Positions 42,823 to 52,903 of a stretch of 64,000 bases of DNA are shown one piece after another; the stretch's first letter is position 1, and each line of letters opens with the position of its first letter. Under the pieces are notes generated by a model. The model was not told the DNA's origin. It was given only the letters and a program-made list of their open reading frames with translations, and made no database searches. The position numbers and the translations under genes are program-made. The stretch covers positions 15,906 to 79,905 of the forward strand of contig DDQW01000074.1 of the NCBI GenBank assembly GCA_002342805.1, written 5' to 3'. The stretch is from Clostridiales bacterium UBA2432. GTDB lineage: Bacteria; Bacillota; Clostridia; Lachnospirales; Vallitaleaceae.

Positions 42823-43900
42823 AAAAGTTGTCGTAGGTATGTCAGGAGGCGTTGACTCATCTGTAGCAGCCTACTTATTGAAGGAACAAGGATACGAAGT
42901 TATTGGTGTGACCATGCAGATATGGCAAGATGATGAGCGTTCGTTAATGGAAGAAAACGGTGGTTGTTGTGGTTTATCTGCCGTTGATGATGCAAGGCGT
43001 GTCGCCAATGTTCTTGATATCCCATATTATGTAATGAATTTCAAAGAAGATTTTAAACGTGATGTTATCGATTACTTTGTCAAAGAGTATAAAGAGGGAC
43101 GGACACCCAATCCATGTATTGCCTGCAATCGTTATGTGAAATGGGAATCTTTGTTGCAACGGAGTTTAGCCATAGGTGCAGACTATATTGCAACCGGTCA
43201 TTATGCAAAAGTCGTTCAATTAGATAACGGTCGATATACACTTAAAATGTCCAAAACATCTCGAAAAGATCAAACTTACGCACTATATAATTTGACTCAA
43301 GATCAACTGTCTCGAACATTAATGCCGGTAGGTGATTATACAAAAGATGAAATCCGTGAAATCGCAGAAAATATTAGTGTACGCATGGCAAATAAACCGG
43401 ACAGTCAAGAAATATGTTTTGTACCGGATAATGATTATGCTAAATTTATCGAAGATTATTCAGGAGATACCTTTGAACAGGGGAATTTTGTGGATACGAG
43501 AGGGCAAATTATTGGAAGGCACAAGGGGATTGTGCACTATACAATAGGACAGCGTAAAGGGTTGGGTTTGAACCTAGGCCGTCCCGGCTTTGTTGTGGAT
43601 ATTAATCCGGAGACAAAAGAAGTCATGATTGGGACAGATGCAGATGTCTTTTCAAGTGGATGTATTGCAATCGATATCAATTTAATGGCAATAGATTCTA
43701 TTAATGGAGAACAGGAATTTACGGCTAAGATTCGATATTCTCACAAGCCTGCAAAATGTAAGGTGCGACTCCGTGATGATGAAAAACTTGAATGTATATT
43801 TGAAGAAAAACAACGTGCCATCACACCGGGTCAAGCCATCGTTTTATATGACGGAGAACTTGTTGTAGGCGGAGGCACGATTATTAAACGTATATTATAA
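42809..43900 (+). CDS. mnmA: tRNA 2-thiouridylase MnmA
   Basis: SGGVDSS PP-loop, [29 protein letters not shown]. Confidence 0.98.
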   Translation: MNLNKKVVVGMSGGVDSSVAAYLLKEQGYEVIGVTMQIWQDDERSLMEENGGCCGLSAVDDARRVANVLDIPYYVMNFKEDFKRDVIDYFVKEYKEGRTPNPCIACNRYVKWESLLQRSLAIGADYIATGHYAKVVQLDNGRYTLKMSKTSRKDQTYALYNLTQDQLSRTLMPVGDYTKDEIREIAENISVRMANKPDSQEICFVPDNDYAKFIEDYSGDTFEQGNFVDTRGQIIGRHKGIVHYTIGQRKGLGLNLGRPGFVVDINPETKEVMIGTDADVFSSGCIAIDINLMAIDSINGEQEFTAKIRYSHKPAKCKVRLRDDEKLECIFEEKQRAITPGQAIVLYDGELVVGGGTIIKRIL

Positions 43901-44695
43901 ATGATGAAAGTAGGGTTTTCTCTTTACAAATGTTGTGAAGTATGAAAATCCTGCTTTTTTTAAGAGTTCTTTTGCTTGGTCAAAATGACGCGTTATATCC
44001 TTGGCAGTATGAGCGTCGGATCCAAGGGTAATGATTTCGCCGCCGAGTTCTTTATATCTTGCCAGAATTTCATAGGAGGGATGGGGCTGTCCGAGTCCAT
44101 ATCGAATCCCCGATGTGTTGATTTCTATTCCTTTTCCTTTTGCAATGATGGTCTTTAATATGGCATCCAAGAGGTCTATAAAATCCGGGTAATAGATTTT
44201 TTTGTCCTTAAAATTCCCATAACGAATAACATAGTCTAAATGAGAGAAAACATCGAAGTCAGAATAATGCGTGACATTATTTAGCATATCTTCAAAGTAG
44301 TCAAAGTATCCTTGATATTGGGAACGCGTTTGAAAGTATGATGGGTCAAAAGGATCAGCTCCCTTTGCTAAATGATTGGAAGCAAGTATAAAGTCAAATG
44401 GATATGAGGATGCAATTTGACTTAACTGAGGGTACAAATGGCCTTGTATACCAAGTTCAATCCCAAAGAGAATTTGAATTTGATTGGAATAAATCGCTTT
44501 ATATTTCATGAGTTCTTCATAATATCGATCGATATCTAGGGTGAAATCAATACCAATATCCGGAAAATCAAGATCATGATGCTCAGTAAAACAAAGCCTA
44601 TCCACTTTTTTTGCAATGGCGCCTTCAATCATTTCTTGCATAGGGACATTGCAGTCCCCACTATAATCACTATGTAAATGGTAATCAGCTAACAT
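43895..44695 (-). CDS. PHP-family histidinol-phosphatase (HisJ/HisK type)
   Basis: DYHLHS, TEHHD, GIELG, HLDY, EINTSG, GSDAH. Confidence 0.88.
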   Translation of the reverse strand: MLADYHLHSDYSGDCNVPMQEMIEGAIAKKVDRLCFTEHHDLDFPDIGIDFTLDIDRYYEELMKYKAIYSNQIQILFGIELGIQGHLYPQLSQIASSYPFDFILASNHLAKGADPFDPSYFQTRSQYQGYFDYFEDMLNNVTHYSDFDVFSHLDYVIRYGNFKDKKIYYPDFIDLLDAILKTIIAKGKGIEINTSGIRYGLGQPHPSYEILARYKELGGEIITLGSDAHTAKDITRHFDQAKELLKKAGFSYFTTFVKRKPYFHHL

Positions 44696-44820
44696 GTTTT
44701 TTGTGCCCCTTTCTATATTGGATGCTTCTTATGATGAAAAACAGTTTTTTTTGGTGAATATCAACAGTTTTATGCCCCTAATTCTATCATAATTTACAGA
44801 AATTAGAAAGAAAGTATTTC

Positions 44821-44849
44821 TTGAATTCTTCTTTTATGAATGATAATAT
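44821..44849 (+). promoter_or_regulatory. Sigma-A promoter of the Na/Pi cotransporter
   Basis: TTGAAT-17 bp-TAATAT with TGn extension. Confidence 0.6.
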
Positions 44850-44919
44850 AAGAAAGGACAACTTAACTTGTCCTAAACACGAAACTAACGTAAAAATAAC
44901 AAGATAACAGGAGAATGTT

Positions 44920-46593
44920 ATGACGACAGAAATGCTTCATGATGTATTATTTCAATTATTTTCTTTTTTAGGTGGATTTGGTATGTTTCTATATGGGATG
45001 CATATTATGGCTGAAGGTCTTCAAATGTCTGCCGGTAAGAGAATGAAATCATTACTTGCCATGTTAACATCAAATCGACTGATGGCAGTTGGTTTAGGAG
45101 CGCTTGTAACAACGATTGTACAAAGTAGTTCGGCTACCACAGTTATGATTGTCGGCTTTGTAAATGCAGGACTAATGAACTTAATTCAAGCAACAGGAGT
45201 AATCATGGGTGCCAATATCGGTACAACAGTGACTTCTTGGATTGTATCAAGTTCAGAATGGGCTGCTTTTTTAAAGCCATCAGAAATCGCACCACTTGCA
45301 GTAGCAATCGGTGTCGCCTTGATGCTTTTTGGCAAAAATCAAACAAAGAAACAAATAGGGGAGATCATTGTTGGCTTTGGTTTACTATTCATTGGATTAG
45401 AACTAATGAGTGCCGTCATTAAGCCATATCGAGATAGTGAGATATTTAAACAAGCATTTATTCTATTAGGTGAAAATCCATTCTTCGGAGTGTTAGCCGG
45501 ATTTGTAGTTACAGCGATTATTCAAAGTAGTTCGGCTTCAGTTGGTATTTTGCAAACCTTAGCAATGAATGGCTTGGTTCCATGGGGAGCAGCGGTTTAT
45601 ATTATTCTCGGTCAAAATATCGGTACTTGTGTTACTGCAATGTTATCGAGTATCGGAGCTAATAGAACGGCGAAGAGAGCTGCAATTGTTCACTTGTTAT
45701 TTAATCTTATCGGTACTGTCATCTTTGTGATTGGTTCCCTGATTTTCTTTAAGTGGATTAACATGACCTTGGCTTCTCAAATAGTAACTGCGACGGATAT
45801 TTCTATATTCCATACAATTTTTAACGTTTCAAATACGATTTTACTATTCCCGTTTGCTAAGCTCCTTGTTAAAGTGGCTGAGCGGGTTGTTCCGGGGACT
45901 GACATATTGGATGATTCGGACCAGGCGATTACATTACGCCATTTAGATGAGCGTATTTTAGAGACCCCAAGTTTTGCGGTTGAGAATTCAATTAAAGAAG
46001 TCGTCCGTATGGGTCGTATTGCTAAAGATAATCTAATCTTAGCGACAGAAGCACTCATTGAAATGGATATACAAAAAATTGAAAAAGTCAAAATAATAGA
46101 AAAAGACGTCAATAAACTAGAACAACTGATTACAGGTTATTTAATTAAAATTAATAATACGCATTTAACAGAGCGACAGCAGTTGGTTGTAACCCATCTG
46201 TTTAATTCTGTTAATGATATTGAGCGTATAGGTGATCATGCGACGAATATTGTAGAACTAGCAGAATACAATGTAGTTAATGAACTTGAGTTTTCTGAGA
46301 TTGCAGTCAAAGAGCTTATTGAAATGTCGGACTATACAATAGAAACCGTTGAATATGCCTTGTTGGCTCGTGAGAATAATGATCAAAAGCTTGTAAGTAA
46401 AGTTGAAGATCGAGAAGATGAAATCGATGCTATGGAAGAATCATTACGGGAGTCACATATTCAACGCTTGTCTTCATACGAATGTCAACCCCAATCAAGC
46501 GTTGTATTCTTAGATGTTATCAGCAACTATGAACGTATATCTGACCATGCGTTGAATTTAGCTTATTATGTTAAAGATGAAGTATTGTTATAA
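44920..46593 (+). CDS. Na+/Pi cotransporter family protein with C-terminal PhoU-like domains
   Basis: Two QSSS repeats, GANIGTT and GQNIGT, DIERIGDHA and YERISDHA. Confidence 0.93.
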   Translation: MTTEMLHDVLFQLFSFLGGFGMFLYGMHIMAEGLQMSAGKRMKSLLAMLTSNRLMAVGLGALVTTIVQSSSATTVMIVGFVNAGLMNLIQATGVIMGANIGTTVTSWIVSSSEWAAFLKPSEIAPLAVAIGVALMLFGKNQTKKQIGEIIVGFGLLFIGLELMSAVIKPYRDSEIFKQAFILLGENPFFGVLAGFVVTAIIQSSSASVGILQTLAMNGLVPWGAAVYIILGQNIGTCVTAMLSSIGANRTAKRAAIVHLLFNLIGTVIFVIGSLIFFKWINMTLASQIVTATDISIFHTIFNVSNTILLFPFAKLLVKVAERVVPGTDILDDSDQAITLRHLDERILETPSFAVENSIKEVVRMGRIAKDNLILATEALIEMDIQKIEKVKIIEKDVNKLEQLITGYLIKINNTHLTERQQLVVTHLFNSVNDIERIGDHATNIVELAEYNVVNELEFSEIAVKELIEMSDYTIETVEYALLARENNDQKLVSKVEDREDEIDAMEESLRESHIQRLSSYECQPQSSVVFLDVISNYERISDHALNLAYYVKDEVLL

Positions 46594-46599
46594 AATGAC

Positions 46600-46627
46600 T
46601 TGAATTTTTGCTGAGAATTGTTATAAT
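46600..46627 (+). promoter_or_regulatory. Sigma-A promoter of the cggR-pgk operon
   Basis: TTGAAT-16 bp-TATAAT with TGn extension. Confidence 0.7.
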
Positions 46628-46630
46628 TAT

Positions 46631-46660
46631 GAGAGAGACGATGAATCTCTCTCTTTTTTT
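46631..46660 (+). terminator. Terminator-like hairpin (probably for the Na/Pi gene) overlapping the cggR transcription start
   Basis: GAGAGAGA-CGATGAA-TCTCTCTC-TTTTTTT. Confidence 0.65.
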
Positions 46661-46668
46661 CTAAGTAA

Positions 46669-46704
46669 AGGGACTTAAATTGTTCGCCGGGACTATATTG
46701 TCCC
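46669..46704 (+). promoter_or_regulatory. CggR operator
   Basis: AGGGAC-N6-TGTT-CGC-CGGGAC-N5-TGTCCC resembles the B. subtilis CggR tandem site CGGGAC-N6-TGTC. Confidence 0.8.
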
Positions 46705-46718
46705 ACAAGGAGATGTAT

Positions 46719-47759
46719 ATGGTCCGAAAAGTTGCACTACTTTATAAAATTATTCCCAAAGAAATGGATATTTTAAAACGTCGATATTATATTTTGAAGG
46801 CAATATATGCAGTTCAACCTATCGGTCGTCGTATGATTGCCGCCAAATTAAATATTGGTGAAAAAATTGTGCGTTCAGATATTGATTTTTTTCGCGAAGA
46901 AGGGTATGTAAATGTTTCAACTAGTGGTATGATATTAACAGAGGCTGGTATTAATCTCTTAGACCAGTTAAAGGAGTTAATGAATGAGCTTGAAGGAATT
47001 AAACGCCTACAAGAGGAACTAAAGTCTGTATTTCAATGTCAAAATATTATCGTTGTATCCGGAAATGCGGATGATGAATTAGAGGCAATGGGAAATATAG
47101 GCCGAAGTGCAGCGAAGCTGTTGCAATCCTTAATTAGCAATGACTCTATTGTGGCAATTACCGGTGGTAACACAATGAAAAGTGTTGTAAAACATATTCA
47201 TTCAAAGAATGAACCCTTAGAAGGAATGTTAGTTGTTCCGGCAAGAGGAAGTTTAGGTAACAATGTTGAAACACAAGCGAACACACTCGTTGAAGAGATG
47301 GCTAAAAAAATAGGATGCCAGTACAAGCTATTGAATTTGCCGGATAATTTAAGCGAAAAAGCAATTATCAGTGTATCCAAAGACCCAAAGATCAGTCAAA
47401 TTATTGAATATATTAAAAAAGCGAATATTATTGTTTTTGGAATTGGAAATGCAGGAAAGATGGCATATCGACGTGACTTGAATAAAACAGTCATAGATGT
47501 ATTGACCAAACGTAAAGCTGTTGCGGAAGCCTTAGGATATTACTTTAATAAGCAAGGACAAATTGTCTATGATTCAAAAACAATTGGATTTCATTTAGAT
47601 GAACTTAAGAAAAACGTGCATCCTATTGCTGTTGCAGGCGGTGAGAGTAAGGCGTTAGCAGTTCTTTCAGTACGGCATTTCATTCAAAACGGTAGTATTA
47701 TTCTTGATGAAGCTTGTGCCAGAAAGATATTAGTGTTATCAAAAGAACTAAATTTATAG
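46719..47759 (+). CDS. cggR: Central glycolytic genes regulator CggR (SorC family)
   Basis: QPIGRR w[32 protein letters not shown]; RBS aaggag supports ATG 46719. Confidence 0.92.
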   Translation: MVRKVALLYKIIPKEMDILKRRYYILKAIYAVQPIGRRMIAAKLNIGEKIVRSDIDFFREEGYVNVSTSGMILTEAGINLLDQLKELMNELEGIKRLQEELKSVFQCQNIIVVSGNADDELEAMGNIGRSAAKLLQSLISNDSIVAITGGNTMKSVVKHIHSKNEPLEGMLVVPARGSLGNNVETQANTLVEEMAKKIGCQYKLLNLPDNLSEKAIISVSKDPKISQIIEYIKKANIIVFGIGNAGKMAYRRDLNKTVIDVLTKRKAVAEALGYYFNKQGQIVYDSKTIGFHLDELKKNVHPIAVAGGESKALAVLSVRHFIQNGSIILDEACARKILVLSKELNL

Positions 47760-47781
47760 ATTAATTATTAGGAGGAAAATT

Positions 47782-48978
47782 ATGTTAAACAAGAAATCAG
47801 TAGACGATATCCAGGTAAAAGGAAAGAAAGTACTTGTGCGATGTGACTTTAATGTGCCTATCAAAGATGGGGTTATAACAGACCTTAATCGTTTGGAAGG
47901 CGCATTACCAACGATTAAGAAGCTTGTCAATGATGGAGGAAGAGTTATTCTTTGTTCACATATGGGTAAGCCAAAAGGACCTACACCTGACTTATCCTTA
48001 GCGCCGGTTGCTAAAAAAATGGCAGAACTATTAGGCCAAGAAGTGACCTTTGCAGCGGATGATACAGTTGTCGGTGACAATGCGAAAAAAGCAATTGATG
48101 CAATGCAAGATGGTGATATTGTACTATTAGAAAATACTCGATTTAGAGCTGAAGAAACAAAAAATGGAGAAGCATTTAGCAAAGATTTAGCTTCCTTAGC
48201 AGATATTTTTGTTAACGACGCATTTGGTGCTGCTCACCGTGCTCATTGTTCTAATGTAGGTGTCACAGAATTTGTTGACACTTGTGTGGTTGGATATTTA
48301 ATGCAAAAAGAAATTGATTTCTTAGGTAATGCAGTAGCCAATCCAAAACGCCCCTTTGTTGCGATTTTAGGTGGTGCAAAAGTTTCAGATAAAATTAATG
48401 TCATTAATAATTTACTGGATAAAGTAGATACATTAATTATCGGTGGCGGAATGGCATATACATTCTTAAAAGCACAAGGATTTTCAATTGGTAAATCACT
48501 TCTAGAAGAAGATAAAATGGACTACGCACTTGAAATGGTTGAAAAGGCGAAAGAAAAGGGTGTTAACTTATTATTACCTACAGATCATATTGTCTCAACT
48601 GAATTTAATAATGATGCACCTTTTAAAGAAGTTGAAGATGCAGGCGAAGGAATTACAGGCGACTATATGGGACTTGACATTGGCTCAAAAACGATTGAAA
48701 AATATTCAGCAGCAATTAAAGATGCAAAAACAATCGTATGGAATGGCCCCATGGGTGTATTTGAAATGGAAAACTTTGCTAAAGGGACAAAAGCAATTGC
48801 TCAAGCCCTTGCAGAAGCTGATGCAACAACTATTATCGGTGGTGGTGATTCAGCAGCAGCAGTTAACATCTTGGGATTTGGAGATAAGATGACACATATT
48901 TCAACAGGTGGTGGTGCTTCTTTAGAATTCTTAGAAGGTAAAGAATTACTTGGTGTTGTTGCAGCAGACGATAAGTAA
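47782..48978 (+). CDS. pgk: Phosphoglycerate kinase
   Basis: [39 protein letters not shown]. Confidence 0.99.
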   Translation: MLNKKSVDDIQVKGKKVLVRCDFNVPIKDGVITDLNRLEGALPTIKKLVNDGGRVILCSHMGKPKGPTPDLSLAPVAKKMAELLGQEVTFAADDTVVGDNAKKAIDAMQDGDIVLLENTRFRAEETKNGEAFSKDLASLADIFVNDAFGAAHRAHCSNVGVTEFVDTCVVGYLMQKEIDFLGNAVANPKRPFVAILGGAKVSDKINVINNLLDKVDTLIIGGGMAYTFLKAQGFSIGKSLLEEDKMDYALEMVEKAKEKGVNLLLPTDHIVSTEFNNDAPFKEVEDAGEGITGDYMGLDIGSKTIEKYSAAIKDAKTIVWNGPMGVFEMENFAKGTKAIAQALAEADATTIIGGGDSAAAVNILGFGDKMTHISTGGGASLEFLEGKELLGVVAADDK

Positions 48979-49018
48979 AAAAAACATATAAACTTAGATT
49001 GTGAAAGGACTTATTCCC

Positions 49019-49765
49019 ATGAGAAAAATGATTATAGCAGGAAACTGGAAAATGAATAAAACGCCAAAGGAAACGATTGAATTAATTAACGAACTCATTC
49101 CTTTAGTGAAAACAGAAGAGGCAGATGTTGTATTTTGTGTACCTGCAGTTTCCTTAATGTTAGCAACAGAATTAACAAAAGAATCAAATGTTGAAATCGG
49201 TGCTCAAAACATGTACTTTGAAGAGAGTGGGGCATATACGGGAGAAATTGCACCGAATATGTTAACAGAAATCGGAGTTAAGTATGTTGTTCTCGGTCAT
49301 TCAGAACGACGTGAGTATTTTGCAGAGACAAATGAAACGGTAAATAAAAAAGTCTTAAAAGCAATTGAGCATAATCTAGTTCCTATTTTATGCTGTGGTG
49401 AATACCTTGAGCAACGCCAACAAGGTGTTACTATTGATTTGATTCGTCAGCAAATCAAGGTTGGCTTGAAAGATGTAAAAGCTGAAGATGCAAAGAAGGT
49501 TGTTATTGCATATGAACCGATTTGGGCGATTGGAACCGGAGTAACAGCAACAAGTGATCAAGCAGAAGAAGTCTGTGCTGCAATTCGAGAACTTTTAGTT
49601 GAACTTTACGGACAAGAAGTTGCGGATGAAGTGCGTATTCAGTATGGCGGATCTGTCAATGCGGAGAATGCAGCAGAATTATTTGCAAAACCAAACATTG
49701 ACGGTGGTCTTGTCGGTGGAGCAAGCTTAAAGGCAGATTTTGGAAAGATTGTTAACTACAAATAG
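49019..49765 (+). CDS. tpiA: Triosephosphate isomerase
   Basis: [31 protein letters not shown]. Confidence 0.99.
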   Translation: MRKMIIAGNWKMNKTPKETIELINELIPLVKTEEADVVFCVPAVSLMLATELTKESNVEIGAQNMYFEESGAYTGEIAPNMLTEIGVKYVVLGHSERREYFAETNETVNKKVLKAIEHNLVPILCCGEYLEQRQQGVTIDLIRQQIKVGLKDVKAEDAKKVVIAYEPIWAIGTGVTATSDQAEEVCAAIRELLVELYGQEVADEVRIQYGGSVNAENAAELFAKPNIDGGLVGGASLKADFGKIVNYK

Positions 49766-49808
49766 TTTGCTCTATATATTAATTAGCTTATAGAGAAGGA
49801 GCAAAGAT

Positions 49809-51353
49809 ATGAATAAAAAAACAACAGTTTTAATGATCCTTGATGGATATGGAATTAATGATCATGTAGAAGGTAATGCAGTTATTAAGGCGAATACGCC
49901 AAATATTGACAAGATGAAAGAGGCATATCCTTATGTAAAGGGATTTGCATCCGGAATGGATGTGGGGTTACCTGATGGTCAAATGGGTAACTCAGAAGTC
50001 GGTCACTTAAACATTGGAGCAGGACGAATTGTATATCAAGAATTGACACGTATTTCTAAGGCAATAGTAGATGGCGATTTCTTTGAGAACGAAGCGCTTC
50101 TTAAAGCTATTGAGAATGCAAAAACCCATAATAGTTCCTTGCATTTGTGGGGACTGCTTTCGGATGGTGGTGTGCACAGTCATAATTCCCACTTATATGC
50201 ATTGCTAAAGTTGGCTAAACAAGAGGAGTTTGAGAATGTTTATGTACACTGTATGTTGGATGGGCGTGATACACCACCAACTGGCGGTCGTGAATATGTC
50301 GCTGAACTTGAATCTAAGATGAAAGAAATCGGTGTAGGAAAAATAGCTACAGTTATGGGCCGATATTATGCAATGGACCGAGATAATCGTTGGGAACGAA
50401 CCAAGTTGGCCTATGATGCAATAGCAAATGGTATCGGTGAAGAAGCGACAGATGCCGTTCAATGTGTTGTGGATAGCTATGCCAACAATGTAAATGACGA
50501 ATTTGTCCTACCAACAGTGATTACTGAAGATGGGCAACCGATTGCAACGGTAAATGAGAACGACAGTGTTATTTTCTTTAACTTTAGACCGGATCGCGCA
50601 CGTCAGATTACACGTCCTTTTTGCGAAGAAGACTTTTCAGAATTTGAACGTCAGAAAGGCTTTATGCGATTAACCTATGTATGCTTTACCAATTATGACA
50701 TTACCATTCCAAATAAGTTAGTTGCGTACGGTAAAGTTTCCTTGGAAGGAACACTTGGAGAATATTTATCAAGCCTTGGTAAAACACAGTTACGTCTTGC
50801 CGAGACTGAGAAATATGCCCATGTCACTTTTTTCTTTAACGGTGGTGTTGAAGAACCTAATGAGGGTGAAGAACGTATTCTGGTTCCATCTCCTAAAGTG
50901 GCAACTTATGACTTGCAACCGGAAATGAGTGCGGCCCAAGTCAGTGAAAATTTGGTGAATGCCATTGATTCAGGAAAATATGATTTGATTGTTATCAATT
51001 TTGCAAATCCGGATATGGTGGGACACACCGGTGTTGAATCGGCTGTAATTAAAGCTGTAGAAACGGTTGATAGTTGTGTTGGAGATGCCGTTGATGCAAT
51101 ATGTCGAAATAACGGAACTATGTTTGTATGTGCAGACCATGGGAATGCAGAACAATTGCTTGATTACACAACTCATGAAACATTTACAGCGCATACGACG
51201 AATCCGGTACCTTTTATCCTTGTAAATGCAGGAGAAGGTGTTTCCTTAAGAGAAGGTGGTAAGCTTGCGGATATAGCGCCGACCTTATTGGATATTATGA
51301 ACATAGAAAAACCAAAAGAAATGACAGGTGAAAGCTTACTCGTTAAAGCGTAA
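49809..51353 (+). CDS. gpmI: 2,3-bisphosphoglycerate-independent phosphoglycerate mutase
   Basis: ILDGYG, QMGNSEVGH, GRYYAMDRD, PDMVGHTG, ADHGNAE. Confidence 0.99.
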   Translation: MNKKTTVLMILDGYGINDHVEGNAVIKANTPNIDKMKEAYPYVKGFASGMDVGLPDGQMGNSEVGHLNIGAGRIVYQELTRISKAIVDGDFFENEALLKAIENAKTHNSSLHLWGLLSDGGVHSHNSHLYALLKLAKQEEFENVYVHCMLDGRDTPPTGGREYVAELESKMKEIGVGKIATVMGRYYAMDRDNRWERTKLAYDAIANGIGEEATDAVQCVVDSYANNVNDEFVLPTVITEDGQPIATVNENDSVIFFNFRPDRARQITRPFCEEDFSEFERQKGFMRLTYVCFTNYDITIPNKLVAYGKVSLEGTLGEYLSSLGKTQLRLAETEKYAHVTFFFNGGVEEPNEGEERILVPSPKVATYDLQPEMSAAQVSENLVNAIDSGKYDLIVINFANPDMVGHTGVESAVIKAVETVDSCVGDAVDAICRNNGTMFVCADHGNAEQLLDYTTHETFTAHTTNPVPFILVNAGEGVSLREGGKLADIAPTLLDIMNIEKPKEMTGESLLVKA

Positions 51354-51360
51354 ACCAATA

Positions 51361-51389
51361 TTGACAATATAAACAAGTCATACTACAAT
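51361..51389 (+). promoter_or_regulatory. Sigma-A promoter of the MBOAT-DHHW pair
   Basis: TTGACA-17 bp-TACAAT. Confidence 0.65.
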
Positions 51390-51429
51390 AATAAGGATAC
51401 TCAAGGTAAGTGAGTATCCTTATTATTGT
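51385..51429 (+). terminator. 19-bp perfect inverted repeat after gpmI
   Basis: ACAATAATAAGGATACTCA-7 nt-TGAGTATCCTTATTATTGT, followed by T-rich sequence. Confidence 0.7.
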
Positions 51430-51475
51430 GTTGTTTTTATGAGAATGATATAAAATCTTGACGCTTGGAGTAACT

Positions 51476-52888
51476 ATGGTCTTTTCTAGTTTGTTTTTTA
51501 TATTTCTTTTTTTACCGATTAGTTTATTATTATATTATATAATCCCCTCTAGAACGTGGAAGAATGGTGTTTTGATTGTATCTTCCCTTGTTTTCTATGC
51601 TTGGGGAGAACCTGTATGGGTTATTCTACTCATAATCAGTTCAATTGTAGATTATTTTCATGGTCGTATTGCCGAACGTTATCTTAAACGTTGGCAAAGC
51701 AAGGCTGCTTTAATCTCTTCCCTCATCATTAATTTAGCTATACTCATTTTATTTAAATATTCAGGCATGTTTGTGAGTACTTTTAGTACTTTATTTGACA
51801 TTCCCTTGAATTTTAAAGGCTTTTCTTTGCCTATAGGTATCTCGTTTTATACATTTCAAACCATCTCCTATGTGTTTGATGTATATCGGGGCCAAGTCAA
51901 GGCGCAAAAATCCTTTTGGAAATTTCTCATGTTTGTTTCATTATTCCATCAGCTTGTTGCAGGTCCTATTGTACGATATAAGGATATATCGACTGAGATA
52001 GAACAACGGTTTTTTTCAACAGAACAATTTGGAGACGGCGTTCGTCGATTTGCCATAGGACTAGCAAAAAAAGTTGTGTTTGCAAATACGGCCGGAGCTC
52101 TCGCAACAAATTTCTTGGATGGACAGCTGGTTGAACTGAGCATGGGGGGGCATTGGTTTGGGATGACCTTGTTTGCATTTCAAATCTATTATGATTTTTC
52201 GGGATATTCAGATATGGCGATAGGCCTTGGGCGAATGTTTGGATTTACCTATCAAGAAAACTTTAATTATCCCTATATTTCTCAGAGTGTTACAGAATTT
52301 TGGCGACGTTGGCATATGTCTCTAGGAAGTTTTTTTCGCGATTACCTCTATATTCCTCTTGGAGGAAATCGGCGGTACCAGTTTCGTAATCTCTTCATTG
52401 TATGGTTTTTGACAGGACTATGGCATGGTGCCAGTTGGAATTTTGTCCTTTGGGGATTATATTATGGTGTGCTCAGTGGTTTTGAAAAGATTTTAAGGTG
52501 GATTTTTAAGTCCTTCCGACTTCCGGCGATTTTCAATTATGGATATATGTTTGTAGTGACCATCTTTGGTTGGACCTTGTTTTATTTTGAAGATCTTAAT
52601 CGTGGTCTTCAATTTATGCGTGGCCTAATCAATATGGAGTATCTATGGGATGTGACATCAGAAGTTATGTTGATGAATAATATGTGGTTCTTAACATTGG
52701 CATTTATTGGCGTGACGCCAATAGTGACCAAGTTATTTGGAGCCATCGATGTGACTATGACGAAAAGTTTGTTTCGCCCCATATATTTAACGTTTTTTTA
52801 TCCCTTAACAATTATTAGCATTTTTATTGTTGCCTTTGTTTTATTAATGGGACAATCATATAATCCGTTTTTGTATTTTAGATTTTAG
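51476..52888 (+). CDS. MBOAT O-acyltransferase (AlgI/PatA-like)
   Basis: MVFSS start, LPIGISFYTFQ, QLVAGPIVR, DFSGYSDMAIG, FWRRWH, GLWHG, NPFLYFRF end. Confidence 0.93.
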   Translation: MVFSSLFFIFLFLPISLLLYYIIPSRTWKNGVLIVSSLVFYAWGEPVWVILLIISSIVDYFHGRIAERYLKRWQSKAALISSLIINLAILILFKYSGMFVSTFSTLFDIPLNFKGFSLPIGISFYTFQTISYVFDVYRGQVKAQKSFWKFLMFVSLFHQLVAGPIVRYKDISTEIEQRFFSTEQFGDGVRRFAIGLAKKVVFANTAGALATNFLDGQLVELSMGGHWFGMTLFAFQIYYDFSGYSDMAIGLGRMFGFTYQENFNYPYISQSVTEFWRRWHMSLGSFFRDYLYIPLGGNRRYQFRNLFIVWFLTGLWHGASWNFVLWGLYYGVLSGFEKILRWIFKSFRLPAIFNYGYMFVVTIFGWTLFYFEDLNRGLQFMRGLINMEYLWDVTSEVMLMNNMWFLTLAFIGVTPIVTKLFGAIDVTMTKSLFRPIYLTFFYPLTIISIFIVAFVLLMGQSYNPFLYFRF

Positions 52889-52903
52889 ATTTGAGGCGAA
52901 CAA

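Noticed and set aside
44791-44805. CodY-like box AATTTACAGAAATTA (weaker ones near 36500 and 56232)
   Set aside because: Three or more mismatches to AATTTTCWGAAAATT in AT-rich DNA; expected by chance.
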